This document shows positions 38,610-46,219 of a stretch of 64,000 nucleotides of DNA, one piece after another. The stretch covers positions 22,230 through 86,229 of the forward strand of contig CAJTLN010000002.1 in the NCBI GenBank assembly GCA_910577505.1, in the 5' to 3' direction. A program made the translations under genes and the position numbers. This DNA is from an uncultured Bacilli bacterium (lineage in GTDB: Bacteria; Bacillota_I; Bacilli_A; RF39; UBA660). Below the pieces are notes generated by a model. The model saw only the letters and a program-made list of their open reading frames with translations. It was not told the origin of the DNA and searched no databases. How positions within the stretch are numbered: the first letter of the stretch is position 1; each line of letters begins with the position of its first letter.

Positions 38610-39308
38610 ATGGCAGGTGTTAAAAAAGGTAAAATAATAGTTATTGAAGGTACTGATTGTTCAGGAAAAGAAACTCAAACAAGTTTATTAGTTCAAAGAT
38701 TACGTAAAGAGGGCAGAAAAATTGAAAGAATGAGTTTTCCAGATTATGATACACCAACAGGGAAAATAGTTGGTGGTCCTTATTTAGGTAAGAAATATAT
38801 TTGTGATGGATATTTTCCAGAAGGTGCAGCATCAGTTGATCCTAAAGTAGCTTGTTTATATTATGCGGCAGACAGACGTTATAATATGGGAAGAATTCTT
38901 GATTTAATTAATCAAGGAATAGATGTAGTATTAGATAGATATGTTGAAAGCAATATGGGACATCAAGGCGGTAAAATATTTGATAAAGATGAAAGACTTA
39001 AATTATATAAGAGTCTTGAAGATTTAGAATATGGTTTTTTAGAATTACCTAGACCAGATTTTACAATATTTTTATATATGCCATATAAAAAGGTGGCTGA
39101 ATTAAGAAATGGAAGAAGTGAGCCAGGAGATCAACACGAAGCAAATCCATTACATATTAGAAATGCAGAACACGCTTATTTAGAATTGGCAGAAATTCAT
39201 GGATATCAAAAAATTGATTGTGTAGATAAAAAAGGTAAGTTACGTGATGTTGAATCTATACAAGAAGATGTTTATGCGATAGTAAAAAAAGAATTAGGAA
39301 TAGAATAA
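38610..39308 (+). CDS. tmk: Thymidylate (dTMP) kinase family protein
   Basis: P-loop IVIEGTDCSGKETQ, YYAADRRYN, and DRYVESNMGHQGG. At 232 aa it is somewhat longer and more divergent than typical bacterial Tmk. Confidence 0.65.
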   Translation: MAGVKKGKIIVIEGTDCSGKETQTSLLVQRLRKEGRKIERMSFPDYDTPTGKIVGGPYLGKKYICDGYFPEGAASVDPKVACLYYAADRRYNMGRILDLINQGIDVVLDRYVESNMGHQGGKIFDKDERLKLYKSLEDLEYGFLELPRPDFTIFLYMPYKKVAELRNGRSEPGDQHEANPLHIRNAEHAYLELAEIHGYQKIDCVDKKGKLRDVESIQEDVYAIVKKELGIE

Positions 39309-39309
39309 G

Positions 39310-39331
39310 AGATACGAAAGTATCTTTTTTA
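39310..39331 (+). terminator. Rho-independent terminator
   Basis: Stem AGATAC/GTATCT, GAAA loop, then T5. Confidence 0.7.
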
Positions 39332-39391
39332 TTTATAAATTTGATGTGATAAGATATAATAATGAAATAATATTCTTTATAGGGGGATTTT

Positions 39392-39991
39392 ATGAAGAAA
39401 TTAATATTGCATAATAGACAAGAAATAAATAGAGATAAAAGTACTTTTGTTAAACAAAATGCTTTGATAAGACCTGATGGAACATTTTATTTGGCTAAGG
39501 GGTATACTGGATGTAATCCTTGGCATCAACTTGAAAGTTCTGCATTGTGGGTTGGTAGACATGATATAGGGTATGATTTTGTTGATAAGTATAAACAATT
39601 TTTAAAAAAATTAGAACAAGAGGATATTTCTAAATATAGAGAATATTTAGAAAATCTAAGAAAAAATAGTCCTGTTGAAGGGGCTACAGAGTTATATGAT
39701 AAAAGAAGTGTTCTAGTACATTTTTATGGATATGTCTTATTTTGTCGTATAGAATTAATAAGAGCTTTTAATGATAGAGATATATTTTTTGATCAAACAG
39801 TAATTCCCGAATCTAGTATTCATGACCTTGAAATAACTTTAGAACAAGAAGAAACTTTAAGAGAATTGTTTGATGTAAATGATGGACAGGATGTTTCTTT
39901 GTATGGCCATGGAAGACGAATTAGAGATAAAGAAGAAATGTTAGAACTTGTTTTGTCTAAGAAAAATCATGGCAGAAGATGGCATTGTTAG
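39392..39991 (+). CDS. Hypothetical protein (199 aa)
   Basis: GGGGGA SD before the ATG; soluble, with no recognisable motif. Confidence 0.7.
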   Translation: MKKLILHNRQEINRDKSTFVKQNALIRPDGTFYLAKGYTGCNPWHQLESSALWVGRHDIGYDFVDKYKQFLKKLEQEDISKYREYLENLRKNSPVEGATELYDKRSVLVHFYGYVLFCRIELIRAFNDRDIFFDQTVIPESSIHDLEITLEQEETLRELFDVNDGQDVSLYGHGRRIRDKEEMLELVLSKKNHGRRWHC

Positions 39992-40026
39992 TTTATTTTA
40001 TGTTATAATGAGAAAGGTGATAAATA

Positions 40027-41334
40027 ATGTTTGAATATATGGGAGATAGATTATCTAAAGCAATAAAGAATATTCGTGGTATGGGTAGAATAACCGAAGA
40101 GAATATTAGTGAAGCTATGAGAGAAATTAGAATGGCTTTACTGGAAGCAGATGTTAACTATCAAGTAGTAAAAGAATTTGTTAATAAAGTAAAAGAAAAA
40201 GCATTAGGCATGGAGGTACAAAAGTCTTTAAAACCTGATGAATTATTTATTAAAATAGTTAAAGATGAATTGGTAGAGTTATTAGGTGGAGAAGAAGCAC
40301 TACTTAATACTGATGGTAAGCCAGCTATTTTAATGCTAGTAGGTTTACAAGGTAGTGGTAAAACTACTACTTGTGGTAAGTTAGCTAACTATTTAAGAAA
40401 AAAGCATGCTAAGAAACCAATATTGGTAGCTTGTGATATTTATAGACCTGCTGCTATTGAACAATTACAAACAGTAGGAAAACAACTTAATATACCTGTA
40501 TATACAGAGGGTAAGAAGAATGTTAATGAAATTATTACACATGCATTAGATTATGTCAAAGAAAATGGAAATGATTATGTAATAATAGATACAGCTGGAC
40601 GTTTACATATTGATGAAGCACTAATGGATGAACTTGAGGGTATTGTAGAATTATGTCATCCACAAGAAACATTGTTAGTAATTGATGCGATGATGGGGCA
40701 AGATGCTATTAATGTAATAAATGGATTTAATGATAAGTTGTCTTTGACTGGTTGTATTTTAACTAAGTTAGATGGTGATACTAAGGGTGGTGTTGCTCTA
40801 TCAGTAAGACATTTAACTAACGTACCAATTAAATTTGTCGGTGATTCAGAAAAATTAGATGGATTATCTCCATTTTATCCAGAACGTATGGCTGAACGTA
40901 TTTTAGATATGGGTGATGTTTTATCTATAGCAGAAAAAGTAGAAGGAATAATTTCTGAAGATGAAGCAGAAGCTCAAGCTAAGAAGATGATGAGTGGTAA
41001 ATATGATTTAGAAGATTTTTTAGCTAACTTAAAACAAATAAGAAAGTTAGGACCTTTAGAAAATATTTTAAAGATGCTTCCTCAAGCTAGAAAGATGGGA
41101 CTTAATAATGTTAATATAGATCCTAAAGATATGGCACATGTTGAAGCAATAATTTTATCAATGACACCATATGAAAGAAAACATCCAGAAGTTTTAAAAG
41201 CTACTCGTAAACAACGTATAAGTAAGGGTTGTGGAAGAGATGTGGCTGAAATAAATAGATTACTTAAACAATTTGAAGAAATGAAAAAAATGATGAAAAT
41301 GATGAGTAGTGGGAATATGAAGTTGCCATTTTAA
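40027..41334 (+). CDS. ffh: Signal recognition particle protein Ffh
   Basis: GLQGSGKTTTCGKLA, DTAGRL, TKLDGDTKGG, and a Met-rich M domain (MKKMMKMMSSGN). Confidence 0.97.
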   Translation: MFEYMGDRLSKAIKNIRGMGRITEENISEAMREIRMALLEADVNYQVVKEFVNKVKEKALGMEVQKSLKPDELFIKIVKDELVELLGGEEALLNTDGKPAILMLVGLQGSGKTTTCGKLANYLRKKHAKKPILVACDIYRPAAIEQLQTVGKQLNIPVYTEGKKNVNEIITHALDYVKENGNDYVIIDTAGRLHIDEALMDELEGIVELCHPQETLLVIDAMMGQDAINVINGFNDKLSLTGCILTKLDGDTKGGVALSVRHLTNVPIKFVGDSEKLDGLSPFYPERMAERILDMGDVLSIAEKVEGIISEDEAEAQAKKMMSGKYDLEDFLANLKQIRKLGPLENILKMLPQARKMGLNNVNIDPKDMAHVEAIILSMTPYERKHPEVLKATRKQRISKGCGRDVAEINRLLKQFEEMKKMMKMMSSGNMKLPF

Positions 41335-41358
41335 AAGTAGTTTAAAAACTACTTTTTT
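41333..41358 (+). terminator. Rho-independent terminator after ffh
   Basis: Stem AAGTAGTT/AACTACTT followed by T6. Confidence 0.7.
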
Positions 41359-41413
41359 ACTTTGTTAAAATATTTTAGTATGTTATAATTAAATATAGAG
41401 TAGGTGTGCTTAT

Positions 41414-41947
41414 ATGAGTAGAACAAATAAGATAACGATTTTTATAATATTAGGTATATTTGTTGCTATAATTAGTTTATTTACTTGTGTTACTGTATTT
41501 GGTTCTGCAAATGCATGCAGTGGTGTAGCGTTAGAAAATATAGAAATTTATGAAGCTAAAATAAATGATATATCTGATATATATTTTGAAAATGGAACAT
41601 TTGAAATTTTAAAGACTGCAAATTTAGAAGATAAAAATATTATAAATTATGGGCTTTTGTTAAAAAAAGTTGATAATTATGCACAGTTTCAGTTTGATGT
41701 CGAAAATAAAGGTAATATAGATGTAAAGATAAAAAATATTAGTATTTTGGGATATGAAGAGTATAAGGATTATGTTGATATCAAAGTTGATGGTATAAAT
41801 ATTGGAGATACTATTGAAAAAAGTTCAGTTGTTTCTGGGATTAAAGTAATTACAACTTATAAGAATCCGCAGTATATGGAAAATGGATTTATAAAATTTA
41901 TAGAATTAAATAATTTAAAAATTGTCATAGAATTTGATAAAGAGTAA
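41414..41947 (+). CDS. Hypothetical secreted/anchored protein (177 aa)
   Basis: N-terminal signal/anchor ITIFIILGIFVAIISLFTCVTVFGSANA, then a beta-rich domain (FQFDVENKGNIDVKIKNISI). Confidence 0.7.
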   Translation: MSRTNKITIFIILGIFVAIISLFTCVTVFGSANACSGVALENIEIYEAKINDISDIYFENGTFEILKTANLEDKNIINYGLLLKKVDNYAQFQFDVENKGNIDVKIKNISILGYEEYKDYVDIKVDGINIGDTIEKSSVVSGIKVITTYKNPQYMENGFIKFIELNNLKIVIEFDKE

Positions 41948-41958
41948 AGGGTGAAAGT

Positions 41959-43077
41959 ATGAAAAAAGTAAAAGATATTGATTTTTCAAAAATGGAAATA
42001 GTTCATAAGCCTAGTGATAAGTATGTTGATAAGGGAGTTTATTTTTATTGCTCATATGGACTTAGAATATTATTGATGTTTATGTCTATTATAATTATTG
42101 GAGTTGTTGCATATAAATGTTTTAACGATAGTTTTTCTGATAGTGAAGAAATAAAATTAAGATATGATGAAAAAGGACATATAGATTATAATGTTTTATT
42201 CTTTGATAATAATTTATTTGAAAATGGTAATTTAAATCCAGTAGATAGTTATATTTCTGATTTAGTAGATAATATTAGTACAGATTTTAATTATGAGTAT
42301 TCTTTTGATGAATTAGTCGATGTAAAATATTCTTATTATATTGTTGCAACTATGGAATTAAAAGATATAAATAATAATGTGGTTTCAAAAAATGAATATC
42401 AATTGATGCCGAAAGTAGCAAAAGAAGAAAGGAATATTAAAACTGTTAAAATAGTTCAAAATATTAATTTAGATTATGATTATTATAATAATTTAGCTAA
42501 AGCAATTAAAGACCAATATGATTTAGATTTAGTTGGGGATATGAATGTAAAAATGTTTATTGATACTGATGTAAATTATGCACACTTTGATAAAAATGTT
42601 TCACATGAACAAGTATTAGATGTTAACATTCCATTATTGTCTGCACAAGTTAAAGCACAATTGGTAAATGATGTTTCTAATACTGATGAATATGTTGAAC
42701 ATAAAAATCCTAAGTTATTAGTACCTTTAACTTTGTATTTAGGTATTACTTTATTAATAGTAGATACATTATTCTTATTATTAGCGTTAAATTTTGTATT
42801 TAGAACAACTCCTAAAAAGACTAAGTATTGTTCTTTAAGAGATGGGCTATTAAGAGATTATGATAGAATAATAGTAAATTGTAAAAAGCTTCCTAATTTA
42901 GAAGGATATAATATAGTTGATTGTTATAGTTTCTCTGAATTAATGGATGCACAGAGATTACTTGAAAAACCAATACTTTATTATGAAGTAATAAAAAATC
43001 AAAAATGTGTATTTGTTATTTTAGGAAATAATGATGCTTATAGATTTACTTTAAAAGAATGTGATTTAGAATATTAG
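41959..43077 (+). CDS. Two-TM membrane protein (372 aa), architecture reminiscent of DUF5305
   Basis: TM helix 1 LRILLMFMSIIIIGVVAY, a ~200-aa external domain, TM helix 2 LTLYLGITLLIVDTLFLLLALNFVF, and a ~90-aa cytoplasmic tail. The family assignment is from memory and is unverified. Confidence 0.65.
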   Translation: MKKVKDIDFSKMEIVHKPSDKYVDKGVYFYCSYGLRILLMFMSIIIIGVVAYKCFNDSFSDSEEIKLRYDEKGHIDYNVLFFDNNLFENGNLNPVDSYISDLVDNISTDFNYEYSFDELVDVKYSYYIVATMELKDINNNVVSKNEYQLMPKVAKEERNIKTVKIVQNINLDYDYYNNLAKAIKDQYDLDLVGDMNVKMFIDTDVNYAHFDKNVSHEQVLDVNIPLLSAQVKAQLVNDVSNTDEYVEHKNPKLLVPLTLYLGITLLIVDTLFLLLALNFVFRTTPKKTKYCSLRDGLLRDYDRIIVNCKKLPNLEGYNIVDCYSFSELMDAQRLLEKPILYYEVIKNQKCVFVILGNNDAYRFTLKECDLEY

Positions 43078-43101
43078 AAGACATTTATAATGTCTTTTTT
43101 T
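43078..43101 (+). terminator. Rho-independent terminator
   Basis: Stem AAGACAT/ATGTCTT followed by a T-run. Confidence 0.7.
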
Positions 43102-43163
43102 AGTTTAAATGCCTATGCATAAAATAATTTCTTTCATATGATAAATTAGAAAGGATTGTTTTT

Positions 43164-43463
43164 ATGTTTTTAAATAGATGCTATGAAAACGAAAATGTGA
43201 ATATGAATAATAATATGGATATGAATACTGGAATGATGATGCAAGGTGGATGTTATAATCAAGGATGTACTTGTCCTCCTGTAATGGAATGCCCACAAGA
43301 AAGAGTTTGTCATAGACAAATGTGTTATGAAGTTCCTCATATTATTCCAGTAAATACAAAGATAATTAATCATCATATTTATAGACATACATATCAACCA
43401 ATGTATACTTGTACAATGGAAGATGAAGTGTCTAATGTTTATGATAATGGTTGTGGATTTTAA
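43164..43463 (+). CDS. CotD-like spore coat protein (Cys/His-rich, 99 aa)
   Basis: CPPVMECPQERVCHRQMCYEVPHIIPVNTKIINHHIYRHTYQP resembles the CotD pattern (V.PHI.P..T..NH...H). A CATA-N3-TA mother-cell-sigma-like -10 lies at 43135-43143. Confidence 0.5.
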   Translation: MFLNRCYENENVNMNNNMDMNTGMMMQGGCYNQGCTCPPVMECPQERVCHRQMCYEVPHIIPVNTKIINHHIYRHTYQPMYTCTMEDEVSNVYDNGCGF

Positions 43464-43522
43464 AGGTCTTAAGACCTTTTTAATTTGATTATATTATGTT
43501 ATAATTACATAAGGTGAAGTAA

Positions 43523-43894
43523 ATGAAAAAGAATGGATATACAGCTTTAGAAATGTTAGTAGTGATTATTGTTTTAGGAGTATTTACAATAGGAATATTA
43601 TCTGCAACATCATATGCTTATCAAGATAGAAGTGTTGGTTACTATGAAGAAATAGAGCATGTTATAGAAAAACAAGCTAAATTATATGGCACGACTTTAA
43701 ATAATTTAAAAGAAGAAGGAAATTTAGTTATTACTTTAAATGATCTTGTAAATGCGGGATATTATGTAGCAGATGATAATGAAGGAAATGTTGTTGATCC
43801 AAGAAATAGCAAAGCAACACTTAATGGTTTAAAGATAAAAATAACTTATGAAAATGATGGAAATATAAGTGCTAAAGTTATAGAAGATGAGTAA
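43523..43894 (+). CDS. Prepilin-type N-terminal cleavage/methylation domain protein (orphan pseudopilin)
   Basis: MKKNG|YTALEMLVVIIVLGVFTIG fits the G-[FY]-T-x-x-E type IV pilin signal. No pilus or competence machinery genes are nearby. Confidence 0.75.
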   Translation: MKKNGYTALEMLVVIIVLGVFTIGILSATSYAYQDRSVGYYEEIEHVIEKQAKLYGTTLNNLKEEGNLVITLNDLVNAGYYVADDNEGNVVDPRNSKATLNGLKIKITYENDGNISAKVIEDE

Positions 43895-43989
43895 TCTTCT
43901 TTTTTTGTAAAATATTTGTCAAAGTTTAACAAAAGACTATATAAAAGTGTAAAAGTTATGTATGATATTAATGTAAGGGCGTGATTAAA

Positions 43990-44187
43990 GTGATATATCC
44001 ATCAATAGACAAGTTACTTAATATTGTCGATTCAAAGTACAAACTAGTTCATATTGCATCAAGAAGAAGTAAACAAATGTTGGAAAATAAACATTATCAA
44101 ATGAAACAAAGTGAATATGTTAATAAAAAAGAACTAGGACGTGCTTTAGAAGAAGTGGAAAAGGGATTAATTACTATAAAAGAGTAA
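43990..44187 (+). CDS. rpoZ: RNA polymerase omega subunit
   Basis: MIYPSIDKLLNIVDSKYKLVHIASRRSKQM aligns with the RpoZ N-terminus. GTG 43990 is spaced 10 nt from AAGGG; GTG 43981 abuts it. Confidence 0.85.
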   Translation: MIYPSIDKLLNIVDSKYKLVHIASRRSKQMLENKHYQMKQSEYVNKKELGRALEEVEKGLITIKE

Positions 44188-44203
44188 TTAATTTTTTTTT
44201 TGC

Positions 44204-44226
44204 AAAAAAAAAGTTCCATTAGGAAC
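44204..44226 (-). terminator. Terminator of rpmB
   Basis: On the minus strand, GTTCC-TAAT-GGAAC is followed by T9. A T10-GC-A9 palindrome is adjacent. Confidence 0.55.
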
Positions 44227-44252
44227 GATCTTCTAAAAACCATGAGTGCTAA

Positions 44253-44429
44253 TTATGCAGCTTCTTCTTCTTTTTTCATTGTTCTAGCTTCTCTAGCTGT
44301 TAGAACAACTTTTGTACCATTGATAGTTACTTTTTGGAAGTTTGGCTTTTGAGCATGTTTAGTTGCATTTAAAGCATGACTTCTTCTATTTCCACTTAAA
44401 GGTTTTTTTGTACTTACTTTTTTTGCCAT
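44253..44429 (-). CDS. rpmB: 50S ribosomal protein L28 (58 aa; below the ORF-track cutoff)
   Basis: Translation MAKKVSTKKPLSGNRRSHALNATKHAQKPNFQKVTINGTKVVLTAREARTMKKEEEAA matches L28 (G-N-x-x-S-H-A-x-N-x-T-K ... PN-x-Q). GGAGGCG SD upstream. Confidence 0.9.
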   Translation of the reverse strand: MAKKVSTKKPLSGNRRSHALNATKHAQKPNFQKVTINGTKVVLTAREARTMKKEEEAA

Positions 44430-44581
44430 AGTTACGCCTCCTTAAAAATCATTTCATTACCAACTTTATCATAAGAATTGAATAAAGTCAATTATTTATT
44501 GATTTTATGCCATAATGGTAAAGAAAATTGTCACTTTATAAGAGATATGATATAATAACAAACAATTTTAGGGGTGTGTGT

Positions 44582-46069
44582 ATGGAAGGGCATTTATTAA
44601 TAGTATTAAATGATTCAGAAAACAGTATGGAATTATCGCCATATATTTGTAATGATGAATATATGATAACCATTTATGTAAATGATATGACTTCCTTTAA
44701 AGATATTATTGGTAATGATCAATATCTTAGAGAAATGGTAGAAACATTTGAATATATGTTTGGCTTTGAAGAGGAAAATAGTTTATTAACTAATTATATA
44801 AAAAATAATATGCATGAAGTTAAGCATTTTTTACAGATATGCGATGAAGTAAGCTTTACTGGTAAAGCTAGTAAGGTTAGAGAATATATAAAGCAAAATA
44901 ATTTTGTGAATAAAAAAATATTTTATAATGAAATATTACCTTTAAAGAGAGAATGCCTAGAGGAAATAGAAGCTACTTTTGGAGATTTATCTAATATAGT
45001 TTTTCTTATAGAAGGTAATAGTGTTCCAGTTACATTAGATGAGTATAAAAAAACAGTTAAAGAAATAGAAATAATAGCACAAAATGTAAGAAAACTTAAA
45101 CTTAGTCCTTTAGAGGAGATTATGTATGTCTATGATTTAGTAAGAGATAGAAATTATATTAAAGAAGATGATTCAGAAGAATATACTGTTTCTCGCGATT
45201 TAACATCAGTTTTATTTGGGAAAAAAATTGTTTGTGCAGGATTTACGGTTTTGTTTAATGCAATTTTAAATTGCTTAGGATATAAGACAATTAATTTCTT
45301 ATTGTCTCCTTTAAAAAATACAGAAGCTCATATGAGAAGTTTGGTATATGTTTATGATGAAAAATATGATGTTAATGGAATGTATTTTTTTGATCCAACT
45401 TATGAATGTAAAAGAGGAGAGAGCAATTCTTTTTTAGAAAGATATAGTTTTTTTGCTAGAACATATAGACAAATAATGCAAAAAGATAAAGATAAATTTT
45501 CAAGTAATATGTATAGATATATGGATGATGACATTATAAATGATATAGATGAGTTGTTTCCAAATGAAGAAATATCTATTATTGATTTAATTAGAAAATT
45601 AGAATTACCAATATTGAATAGATTATTAAGATTTTCTGGTCAAGAAGAAATTTCCATTGATAAGGGAACTGTTTTTAAAGAAGATTTGATAGATAGAGTT
45701 TATGAAATATCAGTTTTATCTAACTGTTATATTACTTACGAAAAGTTTTTAGGGGCTTTATATAATGTAAGAAAACAACAATATTATCAGGAACCATTAA
45801 AATATGCTTTTGATATGGAAAGTATAACTAATATTTTAATAAATTCTAAAATTGCTGATAAATCATCTGATGATGAAGATAGATTATTGATGGCGATATT
45901 GGGTTCTGTTCCTGTTGTCTGCGAGAAAGATGCAGCAACTAAAGTTAATGATTTTTTTGTAAAAAATGGATTAGATAAAGATATGGAAAGTGTTAGATTA
46001 ACAAGAAATCTAAAAACCATTTTAGATAAAAGATTAGAAGAAGAAAAGAAATTATCTTTTAAAAAATAA
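44582..46069 (+). CDS. Hypothetical protein (495 aa) with a transglutaminase-like Cys-His-Asp core
   Basis: GKKIVCAGFTVLF (Cys codon 45233-45235), EAHMRSLVYV (His codon 45329-45331) and YFFDPTY (Asp codon 45392-45394), with spacing typical of transglutaminase-like cysteine peptidase folds. ATG 44582 follows GGGGTG. Confidence 0.7.
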   Translation: MEGHLLIVLNDSENSMELSPYICNDEYMITIYVNDMTSFKDIIGNDQYLREMVETFEYMFGFEEENSLLTNYIKNNMHEVKHFLQICDEVSFTGKASKVREYIKQNNFVNKKIFYNEILPLKRECLEEIEATFGDLSNIVFLIEGNSVPVTLDEYKKTVKEIEIIAQNVRKLKLSPLEEIMYVYDLVRDRNYIKEDDSEEYTVSRDLTSVLFGKKIVCAGFTVLFNAILNCLGYKTINFLLSPLKNTEAHMRSLVYVYDEKYDVNGMYFFDPTYECKRGESNSFLERYSFFARTYRQIMQKDKDKFSSNMYRYMDDDIINDIDELFPNEEISIIDLIRKLELPILNRLLRFSGQEEISIDKGTVFKEDLIDRVYEISVLSNCYITYEKFLGALYNVRKQQYYQEPLKYAFDMESITNILINSKIADKSSDDEDRLLMAILGSVPVVCEKDAATKVNDFFVKNGLDKDMESVRLTRNLKTILDKRLEEEKKLSFKK

Positions 46070-46104
46070 AGTAAAAATATAAAATAAATATTAATAATAA
46101 AAAA

Positions 46105-46129
46105 TACTGTTTTTTGACAGTAATTTTTT
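46105..46129 (+). terminator. Rho-independent terminator
   Basis: Stem TACTGT/ACAGTA followed by a T-run. Confidence 0.6.
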
Positions 46130-46219
46130 ATAGTGAAATAATTTCTAAATCATACAATTATTCGTTTTAAATATAGAGTATTTTTGGTATAATATTTTAA
46201 GTGAAGGGTGGTAATGTTT

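Noticed and set aside
43484-43512. dif-like sequence (TATATTATGT...) in the intergenic region before the pseudopilin gene.
   Set aside because: Only the central TATATTATGT matches the Firmicute dif core. Both XerC/D-binding arms differ. Such a string is expected by chance in DNA this AT-rich.
44192-44212. T10-GC-A9 palindrome between rpoZ and rpmB, as a possible special regulatory or recombination site.
   Set aside because: It adjoins the GTTCC/GGAAC hairpin and is most simply the U-tract/A-tract of a bidirectional terminator.
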